From contig CAVUDP010000002.1 in NCBI GenBank assembly GCA_963740315.1, positions 64,001-128,000 on the forward strand: a stretch of 64,000 nucleotides of DNA, in the 5' to 3' direction. The notes below the pieces were generated by a model that was not told where the DNA came from, searched no databases, and was given only the letters and a program-made list of their open reading frames with translations. Position 1 is the first letter of the stretch, and each line of letters starts with the position of its first letter. Made by a program: the position numbers and the translations under genes. Shown one piece after another: positions 41,201 to 51,869 of the stretch. Origin of the DNA: an uncultured cyanobacterium. Lineage in GTDB: Bacteria > Cyanobacteriota > Cyanobacteriia > Cyanobacteriales > Nostocaceae.

Positions 41201-43576
41201 ATGAGCTACTATATTTCTCCCCGTTTTGAAGATAAACTTGCCGTTCACATTACAAAAAACTATCTCGACCTTCCTAATGTGCGAGTACCTTTGATTTTAG
41301 GTGTTCACGGGCGCAAGGGTGAAGGAAAATCTTTTCAATGCGAGTTGGTTTTTGAGAAAATGGGTGTGGAGGTAACTCACATCTCTGGTGGTGAGTTGGA
41401 AAGTCCCGATGCTGGAGATCCAGCGCGTTTGATTCGGTTGCGCTATCGGGAAACTGCGGAATTAATCAAGGTGCGCGGCAAAATGTGCGTGTTGATGATT
41501 AACGATCTCGATGCTGGTGCTGGACGTTTTGATGAAGGTACCCAGTACACGGTGAATACGCAGTTGGTAAACGCTACGTTGATGAATATTGCGGATAATC
41601 CCACCGACGTACAGTTACCGGGTAGCTACGATTCTACGCCTTTGCATCGCGTTCCGATTATTGTCACCGGGAACGATTTCTCTACTTTATATGCGCCGTT
41701 GATTCGCGACGGTAGGATGGAAAAATTTTACTGGGAACCGAGTAGGGATGACAAGATTGGCATTGTCGGGGGAATTTTTAGGGAAGATAGTTTTTCAAGG
41801 CAAGATATAGAAAAGCTGGTTTCGGAGTTTCCCAACCAAGCAGTTGATTTTTATAGTGCATTGCGATCGCGAATTTATGACGAGCAAATTCGCGGGTTTA
41901 TCCACGATAAGGGAGTTGATAAAGTTTCTTCACAGGTTGTCAACAGCAACAATATGCCATCTTTCAGAAAACCAAATTTTGGTTTATCGGATTTGATCGA
42001 AATGGGACGCTTGATGGTTGGGGAACAGCATCGGGTGGATGATTCGCATTTGGTGGAAGAATACAATCGCGGCGCTTTACGTCATCAGAAGCATTTTGTA
42101 CCGCAGCCCGCAGACACATCCGTGTATCAAGCAAGACCTACGTCACATTTTGATGCAGAATTACCCGTGTATCAAGCAAGACCTACAGCACATTTTGACC
42201 CGGAACCATCATCTACTTACCAAGCAAGACCTAGCCATCAAACACAAGCGGAAGCCGTACACATCCCCGATGTCCCCGCTTCTGGTAAATTAGCAACTGG
42301 TAGAAACCGCAGTTTGGGTAAAAATCCTAACAGCGCAAATCGGAATCAGGAAATTGCATCTACCCATGTTGGACCCGAAATACTCAGCTATATGCAGAAG
42401 ATTTTAGCATCGGGGAACCATCTGAGCATCGAATATTCACCTAAAGAAAAACTTGGTAAAGGTGATTGGAAAAAGTTTTCAACTCACGAAATCGATGATA
42501 TGGCGGATGCGATCGGAGATTTGGAAAGATGTTTAGTTCAGCACAATGACGAATACGTGCGCGTAGCTGGAATCGATTACAAAACCAAGCAGCCAGTCAT
42601 GGGAACCATAATTCAAGATCCCAACGAAACCAACGGTTCAACTTTCCACTATCCACCTACACAAACTCTATATCCCAGCAAACAATTAAGTGGGGATTCA
42701 ACTTTCCGCTATCCAGAAACACGATCGACCTACAACAAACTACAAAGTAGCGATTCAAGTTTCCATTACCCAGAAACATCCAAACAAACAGGTGGTGCGA
42801 ATTTTCATTATCCAGAAACATCTGCCCCACATTACAGCGAACAAAGCAGCGATTCAACATTCCATTATCCAGAAAGATCCAAGCAAACAGGTGGTGCGAC
42901 ATTCCATTATCCCGAAACATCCAAGCAAATAGGTGGTGCGAATTTTCATTATCCAGAAACATCTGCCCCACATTACAGCGAACAAAGTAGCGATTCAACT
43001 TTTCAATATCCAGAAACATCCAAGCACATGGGTGGTGCGACATTCCATTATCCTGAACCATCTACTCCTAACTCACAAATAGGAGGTTCAAATTTCCGCT
43101 ATCCACCTTCACCTAAAACCTACAACAACCAGCAAAGTAGCGATTCAAATTTCCAATATCCAGATTCCGATCCATTTCCTCATCCCCATACAGCAGCTCA
43201 TAGCTATACTGCAACCAGTCACCCGCAAGATGTGGGAAGTAATTATCATAGCTACGGTACGGGTAATGCAAATAATGCACAGATATCTTCAGCCCACCTA
43301 GAGCTAGTAGTCTTAGAACAAATGCGAGAAATCTTAGCAACAGGAAGCCACATCGGTATAGAATACGTAGACCAGCGTAGATTCAGTACGGGTTCCTGGA
43401 AGAGTTACGCAGGGCATCAAATAGAAGATATGGCAGAGGCGATCGCAGCTTTGGAAGCCTGTTTAGTCGAACATAGTAACGACTACATACGTATTTTCGG
43501 AATCGATCCTCAAGCCAAGCGACGGTTATCAGAAATAATGATTCAGCGTCCAGGTGGTACACTTGTTCGCGGATAA
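41201..43576 (+). CDS. rca: RuBisCO activase (AAA+) with two RbcS-like SSUL domains and a long repeat linker
   Basis: Walker A GRKGEGKS, GELESPDAGDPARLIR, INDLDAG, LYAPLIRDGRMEKFYW. SSUL modules at about 42362-42622 and 43290-43555. Confidence 0.95.
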   Translation: MSYYISPRFEDKLAVHITKNYLDLPNVRVPLILGVHGRKGEGKSFQCELVFEKMGVEVTHISGGELESPDAGDPARLIRLRYRETAELIKVRGKMCVLMINDLDAGAGRFDEGTQYTVNTQLVNATLMNIADNPTDVQLPGSYDSTPLHRVPIIVTGNDFSTLYAPLIRDGRMEKFYWEPSRDDKIGIVGGIFREDSFSRQDIEKLVSEFPNQAVDFYSALRSRIYDEQIRGFIHDKGVDKVSSQVVNSNNMPSFRKPNFGLSDLIEMGRLMVGEQHRVDDSHLVEEYNRGALRHQKHFVPQPADTSVYQARPTSHFDAELPVYQARPTAHFDPEPSSTYQARPSHQTQAEAVHIPDVPASGKLATGRNRSLGKNPNSANRNQEIASTHVGPEILSYMQKILASGNHLSIEYSPKEKLGKGDWKKFSTHEIDDMADAIGDLERCLVQHNDEYVRVAGIDYKTKQPVMGTIIQDPNETNGSTFHYPPTQTLYPSKQLSGDSTFRYPETRSTYNKLQSSDSSFHYPETSKQTGGANFHYPETSAPHYSEQSSDSTFHYPERSKQTGGATFHYPETSKQIGGANFHYPETSAPHYSEQSSDSTFQYPETSKHMGGATFHYPEPSTPNSQIGGSNFRYPPSPKTYNNQQSSDSNFQYPDSDPFPHPHTAAHSYTATSHPQDVGSNYHSYGTGNANNAQISSAHLELVVLEQMREILATGSHIGIEYVDQRRFSTGSWKSYAGHQIEDMAEAIAALEACLVEHSNDYIRIFGIDPQAKRRLSEIMIQRPGGTLVRG

Positions 43577-43589
43577 TAGTTAATCCCCA

Positions 43590-43664
43590 AAAAATGTAGA
43601 GACGTAGCACTGCTACGTCTCCAGAATCTGTATGAAATTCCAACAATAAACCGCTATCTTAATT
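43590..43664 (+). repeat. 75-bp direct repeat, left copy (right copy 44976-45050), REP-containing
   Basis: Ungapped manual alignment gives 69/75 identity. Confidence 0.85.
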
Positions 43665-43692
43665 ATAAAAACACAAAGCGGATCGCATTCTT

Positions 43693-44235
43693 CTAAGCAA
43701 CGTATTCGAGATTAAAGAAAAAGTTTTGACGAACGAAATTATCAACATCTACATCAAAAGTAACTATATGGGATAATTTTTCCCAAGTTTTAGCCCCAAC
43801 AATTCCATCAGTCGTAAGCTTGTCATAATTTTGAAATTTAATTACAGCAGCTTTGGTTTTTGCTCCAAAATCACCATCAATTGCACCTACATTTAACTTT
43901 AGAGGATGACCAATTTGTGGGAAAATATCTTCAGCCTTTTGCAACAAATACTGCAATTCTCTAACTGTTTCTCCTTTTGCGCCTTGACGTAATGTAGGTC
44001 TTTCTAATACCCAAATATTCCGCTGTATAGCTAGTTCTGTATTTACACCTACAATACCATCAACAACCAAAGCATTATTCTTTTGAAAATCAATTACAGC
44101 AGCTTTAGTTTTGGGTCCAAAATCGCGATCGATTGCTGATTTATAGTATCCCAGAGTATTTAATCGTTTTTGTAGAAATTTTACTTCTTCTTTGAAATTA
44201 GAGCCTTGTTTGAGAACTTGAAAAGGTCGTGACAT
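43693..44235 (-). CDS. peptidoglycan-binding protein (2 x PG_binding_1)
   Basis: Two D[RG]DFG.KTKAAV..FQ....L..DGIVG..T repeats. Confidence 0.9.
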   Translation of the reverse strand: MSRPFQVLKQGSNFKEEVKFLQKRLNTLGYYKSAIDRDFGPKTKAAVIDFQKNNALVVDGIVGVNTELAIQRNIWVLERPTLRQGAKGETVRELQYLLQKAEDIFPQIGHPLKLNVGAIDGDFGAKTKAAVIKFQNYDKLTTDGIVGAKTWEKLSHIVTFDVDVDNFVRQNFFFNLEYVA

Positions 44236-44340
44236 GATAATCTCCTTATTTTATAACTGTTTAAGTTTTATATTTCTGAAGAACCAGTTAAATACAAGCT
44301 GTTTAAATTTAATTACGGAAACTAATCGCCCAAAAATTAA

Positions 44341-44854
44341 CTAAGCCAATCCAAAAAGATTGTTAAAAACAATTGTTGTAGAATCCAAATCAAAAGTTAG
44401 TACTCCAGATAATTCATTCCAAGTTTTAGCCCCAACAATTCCATCAGCCGTAAGCTTGTCATAATTTTGAAATTTAATTACAGCAGCTTTAGTTTTGGGA
44501 CCAAAATCACCATCAACTGCACCAACATCTAATTGAATTGACTCTCCTATTCGTGATGGCATCCCTTGAGCATCTTGTAATAAATTTTGCAATCTTTTAA
44601 CTTCTTCACCTCTTGAACCTTGCTTTAAAATCGGTCTTTGTGAAACCCAAATATCTCGCTGTATAGCTGATTCTGTTTCCGTTCCCACAACCCCATCAGC
44701 AACAACAGCATTATTCTTTTGATAGGCAATTACAGCAGCTTCAGTTTTCGGACCAAAATCACCATCGATCGCACTGGAATAATAACCGAGATTTTTTAAG
44801 CGTTGCTGTAATTTAGTAACATCAGCACATGACAGAACCTTTCTTGAGTATCAT
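44341..44854 (-). pseudogene. paralogous peptidoglycan-binding protein with +1 frameshift near codon 9
   Basis: ATG 44854 reads MILKKGSV, then shifts at about 44828-44830 into ADVTKLQQRLKNLGYY...DGDFGPKT, continuous with ORF 44341-44688. Length 514 = 3n+1. Confidence 0.8.
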
Positions 44855-45132
44855 GATCTCCCGTGTATTTGTTAGTTTTAAATACAAGGAGCGATGTAAT
44901 TTTACGGAAAATTGGTATAAAAAATCAGAAATAAATATTCAGCATTCCGAGAATAAACCTGTGAGTAAATCGCACAAAAATGTAGAGACTCCGCACTGCT
45001 ACGTCTCCATAATCTGTATGATATTCCAACAATAAACCGCTATTTTAATTCAGATATCAACTACAACTATTAACCTAACCCACAAGCATCATTCGGAATA
45101 AGTATTTATAATTAAAAGTCAATACTCGATAA

Positions 45133-45653
45133 CTAAGAAGGTAACTTAATCTTCGCTTCACCAGTTTCTCTCGAAACCCTTTCAATCTTAAAGTCCTCAA
45201 TATTGCTTTCAAAGCGATTGAAAACAACTCTAATTTCGTCATAAGCGATCGCACTCGAAGCACCTTTTGGCTGATTACACTTGACTCGCATCAAAGTTTG
45301 AAAACCGCTATAACGTTCGTTAATGTAAAAGCTTCGTTTACAATCAAAACCAATAAAACCTTCTAATGCTAACTGATTGAGCGCGGCTACACCCATGCGA
45401 CTGTTAATTAGCGATTTGATTTCCTTTATCTCTTCCTTCTCATTCATTCTCCGCCATTTATCTTGTGGTTTGGTAGCTTGCGAATATAAGGAACAAGATT
45501 GTAATTTTGCTGAAGAACCGTTATATTTTGGCAGTTAATATTGGAAATTGTCTGAATAGAAGTTGCAGAGACTTGATTATTCAACAACCATAATAATGGA
45601 CTTGCTATCAAGATAGATGTAATAACTAATCTTTTCATCGGATTATTCACCAA
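45133..45653 (-). CDS. hypothetical secreted protein, apparently split by a frameshift (ORFs 45444-45653 and 45133-45447)
   Basis: Upstream ORF has a signal peptide. The downstream frame stays open back to about 45535 (..YSQATKPQDKWRRMNEKEE..). Two coupled ORFs with an ATGA overlap cannot be excluded. Confidence 0.5.
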
Positions 45654-45765
45654 TACATTTCAAGAATCTATTAGATAGAAGAAATCTTGAATTGGTTCCT
45701 TTTTTTCCTTACAAACATCTTTCTTAACAAACTTAACAATAAATATTAACTGCTGGTTGCTAAAA

Positions 45766-46107
45766 CTACCCACCGCTGATTTTAGCTTTGTAACCCTGCT
45801 TCTTCAAAATTTCGAGAATTTTTTGCTTGTGTTCGCCTTGAATTTCAATTTCGTTATCCTTTACCGTACCACCGCAACCGCATTGACCTTTTAACTGTTT
45901 TAATAAAGCTTGTAAAGTTTCCGGCTTACTTTGAAATCCGGTAATTATTGTAACAGTTTTACCTTTACGTCCGGCGCGGGTTGCTTGTACCCGCAAATCT
46001 TGTTTTTCTGGGGGTAAGTCGGGTGTTCCTCTTTGAGTCGCAGCATTATCGGAACCAAATTCTTGCCAACCGGAAGATTTACCCGTCAATTTGCGTTTAG
46101 CAGCCAT
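45766..46107 (-). CDS. translation initiation factor SUI1/YciH
   Basis: GRKGKTVTII, CGCGGTVKD, IEIQGEH. Confidence 0.92.
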   Translation of the reverse strand: MAAKRKLTGKSSGWQEFGSDNAATQRGTPDLPPEKQDLRVQATRAGRKGKTVTIITGFQSKPETLQALLKQLKGQCGCGGTVKDNEIEIQGEHKQKILEILKKQGYKAKISGG

Positions 46108-46280
46108 AAAGTTTAGATAATTTATTTTATAATCTCACTCTAGTAATTTTAACTTTAGCTGGCAAATTTAATATCTTCAGAATTCCGCGAAATCGTTGGG
46201 ATTGGCAGAAATTCCAACTTTCGAGCAAAAATATATATAAGAGAACTGTTGCTATTATTAATCAAACCGGATTTTGATAT

Positions 46281-46547
46281 ATGTCTTACGATATTATTTT
46301 GTGTCAAGGAAACAACTGTCCGATAAAACAGAATTGTTACCGTTTTACAGCTAAAGTTCTAGGTCGTAGAAATTCTTTTACAAAAGCTCCTTATGATTTT
46401 ACTACTAATGACTGCGAACATTTTATCAATAACCGTCCGGATGAAAATACAATCCGTTTAAAAGCTTATGAAATTTGGCAACAAATGGGCTATCCCAATG
46501 GAAAATCTGTAGAACATTGGCTTCAGGCTGAAAAGGAATTAATTTAG
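46281..46547 (+). CDS. DUF2934 domain protein with Cys-rich N-terminus
   Basis: IRLKAYEIWQQMGYPNGKSVEHWLQAEKEL. Confidence 0.8.
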   Translation: MSYDIILCQGNNCPIKQNCYRFTAKVLGRRNSFTKAPYDFTTNDCEHFINNRPDENTIRLKAYEIWQQMGYPNGKSVEHWLQAEKELI

Positions 46548-46737
46548 TAAAAAAACATCTTAATATCAATCAACACGGAAGCAGTGAATGCATTTTATTT
46601 TACTTAAATCTTTCACTTTTCTATTAAAAGTAGCCGAACAATTAAATTGTTAACATAACATTGTATCAAAATATAATTTAAAATATCAAAAAAATTTGCA
46701 ATAATTAAACAGACAGATCCTCATTTGCAATTAACTT

Positions 46738-47346
46738 ATGAAACCAGATGAGATAGAAGTTGTACTGCAAGCAGCTTTCCGTCATTGCGATGCAGCCCGC
46801 TGTCCTCTTACTGATGGGCAAAAAATCATATTGCTCGAAGTAATAAGCAAAGGAATAAGAAATTCCACTGACGATATATCAGATGATGTAAATCCTTTAA
46901 CAGAACTGACTTCTGAAGAATTACAAAAATTTTCTCAGTTTATTAAAGAAATTGAGTCACAAAATCGTTCCTGGAAGGTGCAATTACTCAACGATTGGCT
47001 GCAAGAAAAAGATTCCGGAGTCGTACAATTTATCCGCGAACGTTATGGTATACAGTGGTTAACCAAAATTGAAAAACATCATTTCGATGAATTAGATAGC
47101 GAAGAAACCTATCTGCTAAAAATTGGCGATCGCATTGAAGTTTGCAATGGATTATGGGAATGGGTGCAAGAGGGTACATCGTGTGAGCCTCAATGGTTTC
47201 GCTGTACGGTAATTAGTCTTGAAGAAATCGTCGATAATGATAGCTCATATACCACTTGCACTATCCGCTTCAACAACGGTGCAGAATATCAAATTCAGGG
47301 GATTTATCAATGGAATCGCTATCAGTGGCGCTGGGATAAGGATTAG
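46738..47346 (+). CDS. hypothetical protein
   Basis: 202-aa ORF followed by a hairpin at 47368-47399. Confidence 0.7.
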   Translation: MKPDEIEVVLQAAFRHCDAARCPLTDGQKIILLEVISKGIRNSTDDISDDVNPLTELTSEELQKFSQFIKEIESQNRSWKVQLLNDWLQEKDSGVVQFIRERYGIQWLTKIEKHHFDELDSEETYLLKIGDRIEVCNGLWEWVQEGTSCEPQWFRCTVISLEEIVDNDSSYTTCTIRFNNGAEYQIQGIYQWNRYQWRWDKD

Positions 47347-47831
47347 CGCTTGAATATCTTTTATACTTGTCCCGGATGTAAAATTTAACATCTGGGACAT
47401 TTATTATTTATAGCTGATATTCAGATTTAAGAGCTTGTCATTTCGGTGTTTACTATATAAGCGCAACTACAAATCTCTTTTTATTTATAAATATCAAACC
47501 GGAGTAGGAGCGATCGCGGCTTCCCCTAACTCGGCAATTTTCGATTGCTTAAGCTCTAACGGGTTAAGAACATTTCCCTATTACATGAACTAAATCTAAA
47601 ACTGTTAAAACTATATTTAAATACATATTTGCTGGTATCTAATTATGACGGTTTGTCATTTTAATTATTTTTTGCGTTCGGATAAAAAAAGAGCTTTAGC
47701 GATCGCAAAATATATGTTTTTTTGTTCGATTAAATACAGTTAAGAAATATTACAAACAATAACATATTATTGCTAAGATTAAAGCGGGAACGTTTGGTAA
47801 ATAGGTCGCTAAAAATGTAAGGTGAAATACA

Positions 47832-48332
47832 ATGTTTGAGAATTTTCTTCCAGCTTTAAACGAGCATAATTTACCTTATCCAGATACAATTCATCCTATC
47901 GTTGTCCATTTTGTAATTGCGATGGTTTTATTTGCTTTTGTATGCGATGTAATAGGTTATTTTACTAAAAACTATCGGCTTTTTGAAGTTAGTTGGTGGA
48001 ATATGTTTTTCGCTACAATTGCCATTTTCATTGCGATAATTTTTGGACAACTTGAAGCCGGTTTAGCATTAGCTTACGATGCCGTTGAACCAGTACTCAA
48101 TTTGCATACTTTAATGGGCTGGTCGCTTTCTGGAATTATTGCGGCAATTACAAGCTGGCGCTATGTGATTCGTTTGCGCGACTCTAAGACGATACCAGTT
48201 TCTTATTTAGGAGCGGGATTAGTTTTAACAATGTTAGTGTGTTTTCAAGTATATCTTGGAGACAAATTAGTTTGGGTTTATGGACTGCATACAAGTCCAG
48301 TTGTAGAAGCTGTTAAAGAGGGGATTTTGTAG
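47832..48332 (+). CDS. DUF2231 family membrane protein
   Basis: HPIVVHFVIA motif, 4 TM helices, GDKLVWVYG. Confidence 0.85.
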   Translation: MFENFLPALNEHNLPYPDTIHPIVVHFVIAMVLFAFVCDVIGYFTKNYRLFEVSWWNMFFATIAIFIAIIFGQLEAGLALAYDAVEPVLNLHTLMGWSLSGIIAAITSWRYVIRLRDSKTIPVSYLGAGLVLTMLVCFQVYLGDKLVWVYGLHTSPVVEAVKEGIL

Positions 48333-48928
48333 TGAATTCAGGAATTGAACAGTTCGATTTAGGAGCAAATGGATTACCTTATACTATTCCTATTCATCCT
48401 AATTTAGTGCATCTAACATTGGGACTATTTATTATTGCTATTGCCTTCGATATTGTGGGCGTATTTTTCACATTAGAAAAACCAGTCTTCAAACTTTTAT
48501 CACTTCGTGCAACTCGTACCGCATTTTTTGATGTTGGTTGGTACAATATGTTGGCTTCAGCCATCATTACATTTTTTACAGTTGCAGCAGGTTTCTACGA
48601 AATAATGCTAGCGCAACCCCAATCTGAGATCAAAAGTGCTTGGGGATTGGGAGCAATGGAAACGATGATTTGGCATGGTGTTGGAGGCGTTGTACTGCTA
48701 GCATTGATAGTTGGAATGACCGTATGGCGTGGTTTTCAGCGCTATAAGTGGCGAAAAGATAAAGCTTTGCAAGTCCAGTGGAGTTATTTATTAGTTGGAC
48801 TTTTCATCATGTTTATCATGTACGCTCACGGAACATTAGGAGCGCACATGGCAGGTGAATTTGGCATACACAATACCGCCGATAATTTATTGCGATCGGG
48901 ACAAAATCCTGATGCTTTGTTGAGGTAA
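48332..48928 (+). CDS. DUF2231 family membrane protein (second paralogue)
   Basis: HPNLVHLTLG motif. The GTG start overlaps the previous TAG. Confidence 0.85.
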   Translation: MNSGIEQFDLGANGLPYTIPIHPNLVHLTLGLFIIAIAFDIVGVFFTLEKPVFKLLSLRATRTAFFDVGWYNMLASAIITFFTVAAGFYEIMLAQPQSEIKSAWGLGAMETMIWHGVGGVVLLALIVGMTVWRGFQRYKWRKDKALQVQWSYLLVGLFIMFIMYAHGTLGAHMAGEFGIHNTADNLLRSGQNPDALLR

Positions 48929-49084
48929 ATAAATAGGGAATAGGGAGTAGGAAGTAGGGAGTAGGGAACAGAAAACAGCGAATAGGGAATTCTTAACAAT
49001 AAAAATGTGTTTATTTCATTCGTTGCTAAGGTTGAAAAAACTATCAACTATCAACTAAAAACTATCAACTAACAACTATTTCTT

Positions 49085-49993
49085 ATGAAAAGACGCGACA
49101 TTATTTTAATAACTATCACTGCTATTATTTTAGCTATTGTTAGTTTAGGGATAGGACAACAGGCTTATTCTTGGCTTCCTCCACAAGCTACAACTGAATC
49201 TCTATTAATAGATGAGTTATTCAGTTTTATGGTGACGTTAGGCGCATTTATCTTCTTGGGAGTTACGGGAGCGCTAATATATTCAATTATCTTCAATCGT
49301 GCGGGTAAGTATGACATTAGCGATGGTCCCCCGATAGAAGGAAATGTCGCTGTAGAAGTCATCTGGACGGTTATTCCATTTCTTTTATCGATTTGGATTG
49401 GAGTCTACAGCTACCAAATCTACGACCAAATGTCGATTCTTGGTTCAGTGCAACATGATTCTATGTCGATGGGGATAAAATCAGCCATTGCCGAGCCTAT
49501 TTCAGAAGCTTCAGAAACCGCTCAAAGTCCTGGAAAAATAGAAGTTACAGCCAAACAATGGGCTTGGATTTTTCATTATCCTTCTTCAAATGTTAGTAGC
49601 ACCGAATTGCATTTACCTGTAAATCAACGTGCTTATCTAACATTGCGATCGCAGGATGTCATACATGGATTTTATATTCCTGCATTTCGGGTAAAGCAAG
49701 ACGTTATTCCCAATGAATTAATTAACTTTGAATTTACCCCCATCCTTGAGGGTAAATATAGATTGCGGGATTCTCAATATAGTGGAACTTACTTTGCAGC
49801 AATGCAGGCTGATGTGGTAGTTGAATCACCCGAAAAATATCAGCAGTGGTTAAAAGAAGCCTCAAATCGCAAACCATCCCCTGCGTTTAATCAAGCAATG
49901 TTTGAATATACCAGGTTTACAGACAAAGCAATTGAAAGTAATTGGGCAACAGTTAAACCCGCAGCACCTCCCGTGGTGAATTATCACAATTAA
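49085..49993 (+). CDS. ctaC: heme-copper oxidase subunit II, ARTO type (CuA ligands absent)
   Basis: EVIWTVIP, QWAW, DVIHGFYIP. CxExCGxxHxxM is replaced by DSQYSGTYFAAM. Confidence 0.9.
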   Translation: MKRRDIILITITAIILAIVSLGIGQQAYSWLPPQATTESLLIDELFSFMVTLGAFIFLGVTGALIYSIIFNRAGKYDISDGPPIEGNVAVEVIWTVIPFLLSIWIGVYSYQIYDQMSILGSVQHDSMSMGIKSAIAEPISEASETAQSPGKIEVTAKQWAWIFHYPSSNVSSTELHLPVNQRAYLTLRSQDVIHGFYIPAFRVKQDVIPNELINFEFTPILEGKYRLRDSQYSGTYFAAMQADVVVESPEKYQQWLKEASNRKPSPAFNQAMFEYTRFTDKAIESNWATVKPAAPPVVNYHN

Positions 49994-50096
49994 ATCAATT
50001 ATCAATTATCAGTTATTAGTCATATCTGTTGTTCATTGATAATTGTTCATTGTTCATTGATAATCCAAAATCTAAAATCTAAAATCTAAAATCTAA

Positions 50097-51785
50097 ATGA
50101 CTAGTACTCAAGACAAAAACACCGAAGTTGTACAAAAACAACCTCAACCTCAACATCACCATCATCCTCCAACGACTTGGAAAACCTACTTTACTTTCAG
50201 TACCGACCATAAAGTAATTGGTATCCAATACATCGTTACAGCCTTCGTGTTTTTCCTGATTGGCGGCATTTTCGCCATGATTATTCGCGGCGAACTAATC
50301 ACCCCAGAATCTGACTTGGTAGACCGCACCGTTTATAACGCCATGTTTACCATGCATGGGACGATAATGCTGTTTATGTGGACGTTTCCGGTACTGGCTG
50401 GTTTGGCTAACTACCTCGTACCTTTGATGATTGGGGCGCGAGATATGGCGTTTCCTCGTTTAAATGCCCTTGCCTTTTGGATGGTTCCAGTGTTTGGAAT
50501 TATACTTATGGCGAGTTTCTTAGTTCCTGGTGGTTCCGCACAAGCTGGTTGGTGGTCTTATCCACCTGTGAGTACCCAAAATCCCACGGGTAATTTGATT
50601 AACGGACAATTTCTGTGGCTGCTAGCTGTAGCATTATCGGGCGTGTCTTCGATTTTGGGCGCGGTTAATATTGTTACTACGATTTTCCGGATGAGAGCGC
50701 CGGGAATGGGCTTTTTCCGGATGCCTGCTTATGTCTGGACGGTATTAAGCGCTCAGATGATTCAATTGTTTGGATTGCCTGCACTGACTGCGGGTGCGGT
50801 GATGCTGTTATGTGACCTCAGCGTGGGAACCAGTTTCTTTGACCCTGCTAGAGGCGGCAACCCAGTTTTATACCAGCATTTGTTCTGGTTCTATTCCCAT
50901 CCTGCCGTCTATGTAATAATACTGCCTATCTTCGGCATTTTCTCGGAAATATTTCCGGTTTACGCTCGCAAACCGCTATTTGGCTACAGAGTGGTAGTAG
51001 TTTCATCGCTAATTATCACCGGCTTAAGTGCTGTGGTGTGGGTTCACCATATGTTTGCTAGCGGCACTCCCGGCTGGATGCGGATGCTGTTCATGTTCTC
51101 CACAATGTTGATTTCCGTACCTACAGGAATTAAGGTTTTTGCCTGGGTAGCAACTGTTTGGGGAGGTAAGTTACGTTTAGATACACCAATGCTGTTTGCG
51201 TTGGGTGGGTTAACGATGTTTGTATTTGCTGGCATCACGGGTATTATGCTGGCTGCGGTTCCCATTGACATCCATGTTAATAATACTTACTTCGTAGTCG
51301 GTCACTTTCACTATGTTATTTATGGTGCAACCGTGATGGGTATTTATGCTGCCATATATCATTGGTTCCCCAAGATGACAGGAAGGATGTATTACGAAGG
51401 TTTGGGTAAACTGCACTTCTGGTTAACCTTCATCGGCGCAAACCTCAACTTCTTCCCCATGCACCCATTAGGATTGCAAGGAATGCCGCGTCGAGTTGCT
51501 TCTTACGATCCAGAATTTGCATTTTGGAATGTCATTGCTAGTATCGGTGGATTTATTTTGGGAATGTCCACGTTACCGTTTTTACTTAATATGATAAGTT
51601 CTTGGATTGACGGTAAGAAAGCAACAGATAACCCTTGGCGTGCAATTGGTTTGGAATGGTTAGTTTCTTCACCACCACCAGTAGAAAACTTTGAAAAACA
51701 ACTACCAATTGTAGTAGAAGAACCCTACGGTTACGGGAAATCGAAACCAGAAGATTTAGTTGCAAACCCTACAGAACTTAACTAG
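50097..51785 (+). CDS. ctaD: heme-copper oxidase subunit I (A2-type YS motif)
   Basis: STDHKVIG, TMHG, WFYSHPAVY, WVHH, HFH, GMPRR. Confidence 0.96.
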   Translation: MTSTQDKNTEVVQKQPQPQHHHHPPTTWKTYFTFSTDHKVIGIQYIVTAFVFFLIGGIFAMIIRGELITPESDLVDRTVYNAMFTMHGTIMLFMWTFPVLAGLANYLVPLMIGARDMAFPRLNALAFWMVPVFGIILMASFLVPGGSAQAGWWSYPPVSTQNPTGNLINGQFLWLLAVALSGVSSILGAVNIVTTIFRMRAPGMGFFRMPAYVWTVLSAQMIQLFGLPALTAGAVMLLCDLSVGTSFFDPARGGNPVLYQHLFWFYSHPAVYVIILPIFGIFSEIFPVYARKPLFGYRVVVVSSLIITGLSAVVWVHHMFASGTPGWMRMLFMFSTMLISVPTGIKVFAWVATVWGGKLRLDTPMLFALGGLTMFVFAGITGIMLAAVPIDIHVNNTYFVVGHFHYVIYGATVMGIYAAIYHWFPKMTGRMYYEGLGKLHFWLTFIGANLNFFPMHPLGLQGMPRRVASYDPEFAFWNVIASIGGFILGMSTLPFLLNMISSWIDGKKATDNPWRAIGLEWLVSSPPPVENFEKQLPIVVEEPYGYGKSKPEDLVANPTELN

Positions 51786-51869
51786 TTATTTGGTTCGTAG
51801 TAGGAACTTTAGTTCTTTCAAGGGCTAAAGTCCTTACTACAAACTAATAAAATCTCAGCAGAATCTATT

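Noticed and set aside
47645..47659. ATGAC-N5-GTCAT operator upstream of the oxidase operon
   Set aside because: A single short palindrome that I cannot assign to a regulator and that could arise by chance.
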